This document shows, in pieces, positions 40,106-48,122 of a stretch of 64,000 nt of DNA. This stretch comes from Peptoniphilaceae bacterium. GTDB lineage: Bacteria; Bacillota; Clostridia; Tissierellales; Peptoniphilaceae. The stretch spans positions 2,103 through 66,102 of the forward strand of contig JBQDBK010000011.1 of assembly GCA_052090825.1 (NCBI GenBank), written 5' to 3'. The position numbers and the translations under genes were made by a program. How positions within the stretch are numbered: the first letter of the stretch is position 1; the number at the start of each line of letters is the position of its first letter. A model generated the notes under the pieces. That model ran no database searches. It saw nothing but the letters and a program-made list of their open reading frames with translations, and had not been told where the DNA came from.

Positions 40106-41422
40106 TCAAATATTTGTTACAAAAATATTAGGAGCAGTATAGTAGTTTTTTCCTCCACCAATTGTAGGATTTTTACCTATTCTAATATAAGGTGCAATAA
40201 ATTCTTCGTCATATATAAACATACCGAGAACAGCTCTAAAGTCATTTAATTCTACTTGACCAAGTTTATTAAATTCCACAAACTTAATAGGATCCATTGA
40301 GTAAAATTCTTGATAAATATAGTTATTATTACAAGCAATATCTACTTTTTTATTCCAATTTTCTTGATTGAATTGTCTTCCAGGATATACACCATGGCTT
40401 CCATAATCATCAACAGGTTTTAATATATACTTATCTTTATTATCTTTTAATTCTTTTGAATGTTCAGTACTAAGGCTATTAGTATAAGGTATATGAGCTT
40501 TTAAAAATTTAATTTCTTCACTGTTTAAAAAGTTGAAAGTAGCTTGGTCTAAAAGTATTTTAAAGCTAAGTTTAGTATGCATTATTTGAGATCTAAAAGA
40601 TCCTAGCATCATAAAAGCATTATCATAATACGCTGAAATAAAATCTGTTAGCTCATTATAATGCTTCATAAACTCTACTGTTACAGCCCTTCTATAGACT
40701 AAGTCAATTTGGTAATCCTCATGCATTAGTTTGCCATCTATATATTTTAAATTTCTAATATCACAGATTATACAATTATAACCATTATCTTCATATACTT
40801 TTTTAAATTTTTCAAATTCATAGGTAGTCCCAATATCTAAGAAATCGACTATAGCAAGATTAGGTTTTTTATTATGGATTGTTTCATAAATTTTAGTGGA
40901 TTTTTTAACCCAAGGTGTAAATAAATCGACGTTTTCTATTTTATAAAAAGTTTGAAACTTTTTCATTGCTTTAGTTTCTAATAATAATTTTCCTATTTCA
41001 TTGTCTTCATTCATGGCAGATGATCCATCGGTATTAAATTCGCAAAATTTAAATCTATCTCCACCATTGTAAAAAACATCATATCTTGCAATAGGAACTG
41101 GTATATCGTAGCCAGGATCATGTAGAATTAAATTTTCTAAATTCTTAGGGAAATTAAATAATTTTCTATATTCCCTATTTGTTAAATATTCTTTGACAAC
41201 TTTTCTGCTTATATTCATTAATATTTTGCACATATTCGTAAAGTTATTTCTATCATCTTGGGAATAAAAAAGACCTTGGTAAATATGAGGCACAGGCTCT
41301 CCTTTATAAATTGCATTAGAATTTTTAACTTTAGATTTTAATTTTAGAAAATCTTCATAATATTCTTCTGGATTTTCTTTGATTATTTCATAATATTTTT
41401 TTACATATTTATCATTATACAT
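40106..41422 (-). CDS. ATP-grasp ligase of the glutathionylspermidine-synthase-like (YgiC/YjfC-like) type
   Basis: 438 aa. The segment ARYDVFYNGGDRFKFCEFNTDGSSAMNE resembles the R-x-D...E-x-N-x-D core of the GSP-synthetase family. An 8-nt overlap joins it to the upstream ligase gene. Substrates unknown. Confidence 0.5.
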   Translation of the reverse strand: MYNDKYVKKYYEIIKENPEEYYEDFLKLKSKVKNSNAIYKGEPVPHIYQGLFYSQDDRNNFTNMCKILMNISRKVVKEYLTNREYRKLFNFPKNLENLILHDPGYDIPVPIARYDVFYNGGDRFKFCEFNTDGSSAMNEDNEIGKLLLETKAMKKFQTFYKIENVDLFTPWVKKSTKIYETIHNKKPNLAIVDFLDIGTTYEFEKFKKVYEDNGYNCIICDIRNLKYIDGKLMHEDYQIDLVYRRAVTVEFMKHYNELTDFISAYYDNAFMMLGSFRSQIMHTKLSFKILLDQATFNFLNSEEIKFLKAHIPYTNSLSTEHSKELKDNKDKYILKPVDDYGSHGVYPGRQFNQENWNKKVDIACNNNYIYQEFYSMDPIKFVEFNKLGQVELNDFRAVLGMFIYDEEFIAPYIRIGKNPTIGGGKNYYTAPNIFVTNI

Positions 41423-42710
41423 AAAATTCCTCGATTCTATTAGACATTAAAGTTTCTTTAAAAGCTTTATTTTCTAAGTCTATTAAAAATTTATCTTTAG
41501 GATTAAGTCCTTGATTTAAAAGATTTATTAATGGTTTTAAATATTCTTTTTCTTCATTAGTAAGGCTTTTACTTGCAAGTTCTACTAAAAATTTACCATG
41601 TTCTAAAAGACTTTTATTTAAGTAAATTGTATTTAAGCCTTTATCCTTAGATTTTTCTTTTACAGCCATTACATCTTGGTAAGTTACTTTTTCGAAAAGC
41701 TCATACAGTATATGAAGATTTTCTTGAGAATAAAATAAACCTTTAATAAGTGCCACTGCAGAAAAATTTAAAGGGAAGTTTACACTATCAAACATCCTAA
41801 ACTCTAAATAATTTTTAACTCTTATGTCAGGAAAAACTATTGAAAGCATATGGAATATAAAATCTTCTGTAGGATTGTTAATATATAAATTTTTAAACTT
41901 TTCTTCTGTTTTGAATAATTTTCCATCTTTTTCTATAAATATTGGACTATTATTTATTATAAATTCCGCATATCTTTCATAAGATAAGTTTTTATCAAAA
42001 GCTAGACTCAAAAGACCAGATCTATCATTATCGGTATTTTCCCAAATAGTTTGTCTAAGATTATGTTTTTTGTATATTTCATTTTCAAATATAGGAGAAT
42101 TATCAAAAAGTGAGTACAAAATAGGAGAAATAGCAGAAGCTACAAAATACTTTAATTTAAAATCATTTTCATCTTTATAATCTATACTAATTTGAACAGA
42201 AGAAGTTCCTTTCATCATATTATATGCCAAAGTTCCTTTTTCCTTAAAGTGATTATACATGTATTTATACCTATTTTTGGGAAGAATTTTTATTTCATCA
42301 ATTTTCGTTTTAGGATGATAGCCAAGGGCCAAAATGCTCTGATTTTTTGAAGCAAAAATTTTATAGGCATTATTAATAAATTTTTTATAAATACAAACTA
42401 ATTCCTTAATTGTCTTTTTATAATTAATACTTACTTCGAATTGTGAACCTGGCTCTGTAGAAACATTTATTTCTTCAGACTCAAAACCTAGCATGTATCC
42501 ATTTTCTAAATGAGGAAGTCCATTGTAAATATTACATAATTCTCTTATGCTCTCTTCAACTCCATTTTTATTATAAAAAGAAATAGTTTTAAAACTATTA
42601 TTATCTATAATAAAATGCTCGAATTCAGTTCCTATACTAAATTCACTAGAATTTTTTTCGCCTTTTTTAATATAATCAATTACTTTATTAGTTATTATTT
42701 TAGAATCCAC
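41415..42710 (-). CDS. Glutamate--cysteine ligase family (GCS2-like carboxylate-amine ligase) protein
   Basis: 431 aa. The N-terminal SIGTEFEHFII and the later LEFRMFDS resemble glutamate-cysteine ligase family motifs. RBS GGAGG upstream. Confidence 0.55.
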   Translation of the reverse strand: MDSKIITNKVIDYIKKGEKNSSEFSIGTEFEHFIIDNNSFKTISFYNKNGVEESIRELCNIYNGLPHLENGYMLGFESEEINVSTEPGSQFEVSINYKKTIKELVCIYKKFINNAYKIFASKNQSILALGYHPKTKIDEIKILPKNRYKYMYNHFKEKGTLAYNMMKGTSSVQISIDYKDENDFKLKYFVASAISPILYSLFDNSPIFENEIYKKHNLRQTIWENTDNDRSGLLSLAFDKNLSYERYAEFIINNSPIFIEKDGKLFKTEEKFKNLYINNPTEDFIFHMLSIVFPDIRVKNYLEFRMFDSVNFPLNFSAVALIKGLFYSQENLHILYELFEKVTYQDVMAVKEKSKDKGLNTIYLNKSLLEHGKFLVELASKSLTNEEKEYLKPLINLLNQGLNPKDKFLIDLENKAFKETLMSNRIEEFYV

Positions 42711-42852
42711 AAAAGGACCTCCTTAAAACATTATTATTAAATTATACCACAAAAATCCAATTTCAAAGATATATGTCTATTAAGAAAACTTAAAAAGTAA
42801 TATAATTAAGTTAGATGCCTACTTTTAAAATTAAAATTTAAGAGGTGAGAAA

Positions 42853-43203
42853 ATGCAAGATAATATTATAAAAATGACAAGGCAAAAAGAATTAGAGCTT
42901 GAAAGTATAATAGAAATATTAAAAGAAAAAATCAAGGGAGAATTAATATCTAAAGTATATGAAAATATAAAAGGCGTAAAAATAGTTTTGTTAAATTTTG
43001 AAAAATACTATTTTAGAACTGGAGGAAAGGCAGGATTAAGTATCCTTTTGACAGAAGATAATAACTTTCAAAAAGTATCCCTAATTGGATTTGCTGGTGG
43101 AGGAGGTATTTTAAATATTACTTTTGGGGCAAATAATGACTTTCTAGAAAAAGGAGAAGAAATCTTATTAGGATTAGGCTTTGAAAGAGAAATATTTAAT
43201 TAA
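42853..43203 (+). CDS. Hypothetical small protein
   Basis: 116-aa ORF with RBS AGAGGTGAG and a Gly-rich segment GFAGGGGIL. No family recognised. Confidence 0.5.
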   Translation: MQDNIIKMTRQKELELESIIEILKEKIKGELISKVYENIKGVKIVLLNFEKYYFRTGGKAGLSILLTEDNNFQKVSLIGFAGGGGILNITFGANNDFLEKGEEILLGLGFEREIFN

Positions 43204-43235
43204 TTTTTATTTAATAATTTAATAAAAAAATAAAA

Positions 43236-43260
43236 GCAATTTATATTTTATATAAATTGC
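43236..43260 (+). terminator. Possible terminator hairpin after the hypothetical gene
   Basis: GCAATTTATA tttta TATAAATTGC. No clear T-tract downstream. Confidence 0.3.
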
Positions 43261-43370
43261 TAAAGTATAAGGTTTTTCAAGGCGAAAGCTATAACAATAA
43301 TAATTATTACTTAACTTAAAAGGGTAAGATTATAGTATAAAGTGTTTATAAATATAGAAAGGAGAAATAA

Positions 43371-44801
43371 ATGGAATTTAATATAAATAAAACAGGTGGA
43401 CTAAAGGTGTCCTTTATTAAAGAAGGTGAAAGTTTAGATAACCCAATATACAAATGGGCTAAGGACCATAAAAATTTCAAAGGTGAAATGGGGGAACTAT
43501 TATATTTTCCAAAATTAGATGGGGAATCTGAAGTTCTATTTGGTCTAGGAAATCTTGATGAAATTGACTTAGATAAAATAAGACTTGGATTTTATAAACT
43601 AGCCAAACTATTACAAGACAAGAATGAAAAAGAAGTGGAAATTAGTATGCCAGATTTAAAAATGTGTAATAGGAAAACTTTAATGGCTGTTTATGAGGGA
43701 TTTAGACAAGCTGAATATTTATTTTCTAAGAAAGAAATAAAAAAAGAGAGTAAAGAATTAATTGTTAATTATACTGCCTTTAAAGGACCAGAGGAAAAAC
43801 TTAAAGAGGGCCTAAATAGAATTAAATCTCAAATGGAAGGTGTGTTTTTAGCTAGAGACCTAGTAAATGAGACATCAAATGTTATATATCCAGAAAGCTT
43901 AGCAAATATAGCTAAAGAAAAATTAGAAAATTTAGGTGTAGATGTAAAAGTTTATAATAAAGAAGAAATAAAAGATATGGGTTTGGTAGCCTTTTTGTCA
44001 GTAGCTCAAGGATCTGACAAGGAAGCGAAACTTATTGTAATGAAATATATAGGAGACAAGGAAAGTAGTTTGACAACAGGTCTTGTTGGGAAAGGGCTAA
44101 CTTATGATAGTGGCGGTTATTCAATAAAATCAGCTAAAGGTATGGCTAGTATGCATTGTGATATGGGTGGAGCAGGAACTGTAATAGGAACCATGTATGC
44201 TTTGGCAAAATCTAAAGCTAAGAGTAATGTAGTAGGTGTAGTAGCTGCTTGTGAAAACTTAATTTCTGGAAAAGCATATAAAACAGGAGATATAATATCC
44301 TCTCTTTCAGGTAAGACTATTGAAGTTGCAAATACTGATGCTGAAGGAAGGCTGACATTGGCTGATGCTGTGTACTATACAAGCAATAATTTAAAAGTTG
44401 ATAAAATAATAGATCTTGCTACTTTAACTGGTGCAGTATCATCAGCTTTAGGAGAAGAATATACAGGAGCTATTACTAACAATGAAGAATTCTTTGAAGA
44501 CTTTAAGCTTGCTGCAAGTGAAGCTGGAGAAAAAGTATGGGAATTACCTAATGATGAAAAATATAAAGAATACTATAAATCTAAGGTAGCAGACTTAAAA
44601 AATATTTCTTCCAATGGTGCAGGAACAATAACTGCAGGACAGTTTGTAGGAGAATTTGTAACCAATAATATACCTTGGATTCATTTAGATATAGCAGGAA
44701 CAGCTTATATAAGTAAGGCTACAGGATATTTACCAGAAAGAGCAACAGGAATTCATGTAAAGGCGCTTCACAATTTATTGAATCCTATAAGTGAATGTTA
44801 A
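43371..44801 (+). CDS. pepA: Leucyl aminopeptidase (M17 family)
   Basis: 476 aa with the M17 signature NTDAEGRLTLADA and the metal-site context GKGLTYDSGGYSIK. Confidence 0.9.
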   Translation: MEFNINKTGGLKVSFIKEGESLDNPIYKWAKDHKNFKGEMGELLYFPKLDGESEVLFGLGNLDEIDLDKIRLGFYKLAKLLQDKNEKEVEISMPDLKMCNRKTLMAVYEGFRQAEYLFSKKEIKKESKELIVNYTAFKGPEEKLKEGLNRIKSQMEGVFLARDLVNETSNVIYPESLANIAKEKLENLGVDVKVYNKEEIKDMGLVAFLSVAQGSDKEAKLIVMKYIGDKESSLTTGLVGKGLTYDSGGYSIKSAKGMASMHCDMGGAGTVIGTMYALAKSKAKSNVVGVVAACENLISGKAYKTGDIISSLSGKTIEVANTDAEGRLTLADAVYYTSNNLKVDKIIDLATLTGAVSSALGEEYTGAITNNEEFFEDFKLAASEAGEKVWELPNDEKYKEYYKSKVADLKNISSNGAGTITAGQFVGEFVTNNIPWIHLDIAGTAYISKATGYLPERATGIHVKALHNLLNPISEC

Positions 44802-44804
44802 TAA

Positions 44805-44831
44805 AAAAGATGGCTATTAGCCATCTTTTTT
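44805..44831 (+). terminator. Intrinsic terminator after pepA
   Basis: AAAAGATGGC tatta GCCATCTTTT followed by Ts. Confidence 0.8.
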
Positions 44832-44902
44832 AATGGAAACAATTTCTAGAAAATTAGAAAATTTATATATAAAATTTTGTGAATTAAAATATACTTTAAG
44901 TT

Positions 44903-44931
44903 TTGATTAAATTCTAATAATTTGCTATACT
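44903..44931 (+). promoter_or_regulatory. Candidate sigma-A promoter for gltS
   Basis: TTGATT (44903-44908), 17-nt spacer, TATACT (44926-44931). Implies a ~125-nt leader. Confidence 0.35.
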
Positions 44932-45063
44932 AAAAGTAATAAATATTAATAGATTAAAGGATTACAGAAAAGCTTATTAAATAATCTGAAATCGTTAACA
45001 TAATTGATATTAATATTTTGCTAGAGAAATTATTTAAAGATAATTAAATTCAGGAGGTAATTA

Positions 45064-46302
45064 ATGGTATTTAAAAATGTAGGTGGAGTCTTAAATATTA
45101 ATCTAAATGCAATTATAACTTTAGCTTTAGCAGTAATTTTATTACAATTAGGATTTTTCACAAATAGAAAAATTAAAATTATAGATAAATACTGCATACC
45201 AGCACCAGTTGTCGGAGGATTTATATTTATGTTTATCACATGGTTAGGACATATAAATAATTTATTTGTTTTTAACTTTGAAAATATTTATCAAGATGTT
45301 TTTATGTTAGCTTTTTTTACAACAGTAGGGCTTGGGGCAAGCTTTAAAATTTTAAGAAAAGGTGGTAAATTACTTATAATTTACTGGCTTATTGCAGGCG
45401 TAGTTTCAATTATACAAAATACTTTAGGTATTACAATATCTAAAATTATTGGTATAGAAGCTCCTTACGCTCTATTATCAAGTGCAATTTCTATGATTGG
45501 TGGACATGGAGCAGCTTTATCTTACGGGGATGAATTTTCAAAGTTGGGTTATGAAATAGCCCCTTTAGTAGGAGCCGCTGCTGCAACATTTGGTCTTATA
45601 TGCGCCGTTCTTATAGGAGGACCATTGGGAAGAAGACTTATTGAAAAAAATAATTTAAGTCCAGATGAAGATGAAATCATTGATGAATCTATTATGAATA
45701 TAAATGCAGATAGGGGAGAAAAATTAAATTCACTTGATATTTTGAATAATGTAACAGCTATAATAGTTTGCATGGCTATAGGAACTATGATTGTGAATTG
45801 GGTAAATGAGAGTTTTGATTTACCTGTACCTACTTATGTGGGAGCTATGTTCGTTGCAGTAATTGCTAGGAATTTAAATACAAAATTTAAATTTTATAAA
45901 TTTGATTTTGCTGTTGTTGATAATATAGGAAATGTGATGTTGAGCTTATATTTATCATTAGCTCTTATGACTTTAAAACTATGGGATCTTTCAGGATTAA
46001 TAGGGGGAGTATTGATAATAGTCTTAATGCAAGTAATTGTACTATCCCTACTATCATATTTTGTAGTATTTAGGATATTAGGAAGTAACTACGATGCTGC
46101 TGTTATGTGTGCTGGTTTATGTGGTCATGCTTTAGGAGCAACACCATCTGGTATAGTTAATATGACAGCTTTAAATGATAAGTATGGAATGAGTAGAAAA
46201 GCTATGATGATAGTACCTATAGTAGGAGCTTTTTTGGTAGATATAGTTTATCAACCTCAGACTATATTTTTTATAAAGATGTTTGTAGAAAATTTAAAGT
46301 GA
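45064..46302 (+). CDS. gltS: Sodium/glutamate symporter GltS
   Basis: 412-aa polytopic protein with the GltS-like segment SMIGGHGAALSYG. RBS AGGAGG upstream. Confidence 0.8.
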   Translation: MVFKNVGGVLNINLNAIITLALAVILLQLGFFTNRKIKIIDKYCIPAPVVGGFIFMFITWLGHINNLFVFNFENIYQDVFMLAFFTTVGLGASFKILRKGGKLLIIYWLIAGVVSIIQNTLGITISKIIGIEAPYALLSSAISMIGGHGAALSYGDEFSKLGYEIAPLVGAAAATFGLICAVLIGGPLGRRLIEKNNLSPDEDEIIDESIMNINADRGEKLNSLDILNNVTAIIVCMAIGTMIVNWVNESFDLPVPTYVGAMFVAVIARNLNTKFKFYKFDFAVVDNIGNVMLSLYLSLALMTLKLWDLSGLIGGVLIIVLMQVIVLSLLSYFVVFRILGSNYDAAVMCAGLCGHALGATPSGIVNMTALNDKYGMSRKAMMIVPIVGAFLVDIVYQPQTIFFIKMFVENLK

Positions 46303-46307
46303 TGTAA

Positions 46308-46359
46308 AAATTTACAAAGGCTAGATACTTAATTTTAAGTATCTAGCCTTTGTAAATTT
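46308..46359. repeat. 25-bp perfect inverted repeat (long hairpin) after gltS
   Basis: AAATTTACAAAGGCTAGATACTTAA tt TTAAGTATCTAGCCTTTGTAAATTT. An A-run lies on the left only, so a U-tract exists only for a minus-strand transcript. Confidence 0.85.
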
Positions 46360-46421
46360 CTTAGTGTTTAAGAAAATATATACAAGTGATATAATTTAAT
46401 ATAATAGGAGATGAAAGTTTT

Positions 46422-46676
46422 ATGATTGAAAAATTAATTTTTATTTTTCTTATAGCTTTAATTATATTTACTTTAATTAATACTATAAATTCAAGAAAAA
46501 GTTTTTATAGAGATCAAACAGATATAGATTTAATTGAAAAGAATATAAAAGAAGATATAATTAATCAAGCTAAAAGTTTGAAAAAATCAGGGGAAATTAC
46601 AAAAGCGGTAAGGTTAATTAGAAGGGAAACTGGAATGAGCTTAAAAGAAGCTAAATCTTATATAGATAGTTTATAG
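46422..46676 (+). CDS. Small membrane-anchored protein with a ribosomal L7/L12 C-terminal-domain-like tail
   Basis: 84 aa with an N-terminal TM helix (LIFIFLIALIIFTLINTI). The C-terminal KAVRLIRRETGMSLKEAKSYIDSL resembles the L7/L12 CTD helix motif. RBS AGGAG upstream. Confidence 0.55.
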   Translation: MIEKLIFIFLIALIIFTLINTINSRKSFYRDQTDIDLIEKNIKEDIINQAKSLKKSGEITKAVRLIRRETGMSLKEAKSYIDSL

Positions 46677-46715
46677 ATTTTATAAAAGGATTATTTAAAA
46701 TGTAGTGAGGGTAAA

Positions 46716-47261
46716 ATGAATATAACAGTTTATTGTGGCTCTAGTTTAGGAAATAAAAAAATTTATAGTGATTCTGCCTTTAACTTAGCTAAGTGGATTG
46801 TAAAAAAAGGTCATAAATTAATTTATGGAGGAGGGAAAGCTGGTCTTATGGGTATTGTATCAAATACCGTTATAGAAAATGGTGGGGAGGCTATAGGAAT
46901 TATACCTCATTTTTTATTAGATAGAGAACTAGGTAATGAAAATATTACGCAACTTATAAAAGTTGAAAATATGTCTCAGAGAAAAAATATGATGGTAAAA
47001 TTAGGAGATGCTTACATAGCACTACCTGGGGGTGCTGGGACGTTAGAAGAAATATCTGAAGTTATATCTTGGTCTAGAGTTGGACAAAATGCTAATCCTT
47101 GTATTTTCTTTAATGTAGATAATTACTATGATTCTCTGATGAGAGTTTATGATCAAATGGTTGAAAGTGGATTTTTAAGCAAAAAAGATAGAGATAAAAT
47201 ATTATTCTCAGATTCTATAGATGAAATAGAAAATTTTATAATTAATTACAATCTTTTCTAA
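46716..47261 (+). CDS. LOG-family (TIGR00730-type) nucleotide phosphoribohydrolase
   Basis: 181 aa with GGGKAGLMG and the LOG motif PGGAGTLEE. Confidence 0.85.
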   Translation: MNITVYCGSSLGNKKIYSDSAFNLAKWIVKKGHKLIYGGGKAGLMGIVSNTVIENGGEAIGIIPHFLLDRELGNENITQLIKVENMSQRKNMMVKLGDAYIALPGGAGTLEEISEVISWSRVGQNANPCIFFNVDNYYDSLMRVYDQMVESGFLSKKDRDKILFSDSIDEIENFIINYNLF

Positions 47262-47284
47262 GATTAATTTTAAAAGGAGTTTGT

Positions 47285-47821
47285 ATGGATACTGAAAAAG
47301 CAGTGATAGTATATGGTAGTAAATATGGAAGTTCAAAGTCTTATGCAGAAGAATTATCTAGATTAACAAATATAAAATTTTTATCATACAAAAAAATAAA
47401 GGATCTAGGGCAATATGAGACAGTTATATATATAGGATCTATGTATGCTGGTGGAATTCTTGGCCTTTCTGATACCATAAAGAACTTGAATAATAAGAAT
47501 ATTTTAATTGTAAGTGTAGTATTAGCTGATATATCTCTTGAAAGTAATATAGAAAATATAAATAAGTCTTTGTTAAAACAAGTACCAAGAGCTATTTATG
47601 ATAAATCAAAAAAGTTTTATTTAAGGGGTAGTATTGATTACGATAAGTTGGGTTTTATTGATAAGAATTTAATGAAAATGCTTTATCGTAGATCTTCTAA
47701 ATTAAAAGAAGAAAATAGGACACCTGAAATGGAAGTTATTTTAGAAACCTATAATAAAAAAGTAAATTTTATAGATTATAGCAAATTAGAAGATATTGTA
47801 GAATATTTAAGTAGTTTATAG
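47285..47821 (+). CDS. Flavodoxin-domain protein
   Basis: 178 aa. The N-terminus AVIVYGSKYGSSKSYAEEL is typical of flavodoxin-like (HemG/Flavodoxin_5-type) proteins. Confidence 0.6.
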   Translation: MDTEKAVIVYGSKYGSSKSYAEELSRLTNIKFLSYKKIKDLGQYETVIYIGSMYAGGILGLSDTIKNLNNKNILIVSVVLADISLESNIENINKSLLKQVPRAIYDKSKKFYLRGSIDYDKLGFIDKNLMKMLYRRSSKLKEENRTPEMEVILETYNKKVNFIDYSKLEDIVEYLSSL

Positions 47822-47848
47822 AGGGTCTTAATAAGGCCTCTTTTTTAT
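47820..47848 (+). terminator. Intrinsic terminator after the flavodoxin-domain gene
   Basis: AGAGGGTCTT aat AAGGCCTCT (imperfect stem) followed by T6. Overlaps the stop codon. Confidence 0.6.
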
Positions 47849-47853
47849 TTAAT

Positions 47854-47887
47854 AAAAAAGAGTTAGATTTTAAAATCTAACTCTTTT
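47854..47887 (-). terminator. Intrinsic terminator of tRNA-Cys (minus strand)
   Basis: AAGAGTTAGATTTT / AAAATCTAACTCTT palindrome. Read on the minus strand, it is followed by a T6 run. Confidence 0.7.
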
Positions 47888-47889
47888 GC

Positions 47890-47963
47890 TGGAGGCGACA
47901 ACCAGATTTGAACTGGTGATGAGGGTGTTGCAGACCCGTGCCTTACCACTTGGCTATGTCGCC
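47890..47963 (-). tRNA. tRNA-Cys (anticodon GCA), CCA encoded
   Basis: The reverse complement GGCGACATAGCCAAGTGGTAAGGCACGGGTCTGCAACACCCTCATCACCAGTTCAAATCTGGTTGTCGCCTCCA folds as a cloverleaf. It has a 7-bp acceptor stem, a T-arm ACCAG/CTGGT with a TTCAAAT loop, U33-GCA-A37 and discriminator U73. A candidate extended -10 (TGtTAAACT) lies about 14 nt upstream on the minus strand. Confidence 0.95.
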
Positions 47964-48060
47964 TTAAGTACTAATTTAGTTTAACATAGGAAGTTTAAAA
48001 AAACAAGTATAAATTTACAAAGTTTATACATACAAAATATTGATCAAATGGCTGTAGAAA

Positions 48061-48089
48061 TTGATAATACCCTATCTTCGTGCTATAAT
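48061..48089 (+). promoter_or_regulatory. Near-consensus sigma-A promoter of the pheST operon
   Basis: TTGATA (48061-48066), 17-nt spacer, TATAAT (48084-48089). RBS GGGAGGA at 48112-48118. Confidence 0.6.
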
Positions 48090-48122
48090 ATTTTTTATGA
48101 ATGTGCAAAATGGGAGGATATC

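Noticed and set aside
55-47887. Shared 9-nt cores among terminator hairpins as a dispersed REP-like repeat family: CTAGATACT in 55-80 and 46308-46359, and GTTAGATTT/AAATCTAAC in 27637-27676 and 47854-47887.
   Set aside because: The matches are short and AT-rich and are limited to two copies each within palindromes. Chance similarity among AT-rich hairpins is the simpler explanation. A whole-genome count would be needed to argue otherwise.
47854-47990. tRNA-Cys as the attachment site or boundary of a genomic island.
   Set aside because: There is no integrase, no phage or IS gene and no direct repeat of the tRNA 3' end within the flanking sequence I inspected. The neighbours are ordinary metabolic and aaRS genes.
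48048-48122. N-terminal extensions proposed by the track for pheS (48048), and likewise for the OppD-like ATPase (29523), mutS2 (54432) and truA (6257).
   Set aside because: The extensions lack RBSs. In the pheS case the extension runs through the predicted promoter. Internal ATGs with strong GGAGG-type RBSs reproduce the canonical N-termini of these families.
47964-48122. A T-box riboswitch upstream of pheS, and a leader upstream of argS at 56835-56878.
   Set aside because: I could find no T-box consensus, specifier hairpin or terminator/antiterminator pair by eye, and the intervals are too short (159 nt and 44 nt). The absence is reported as a finding instead.
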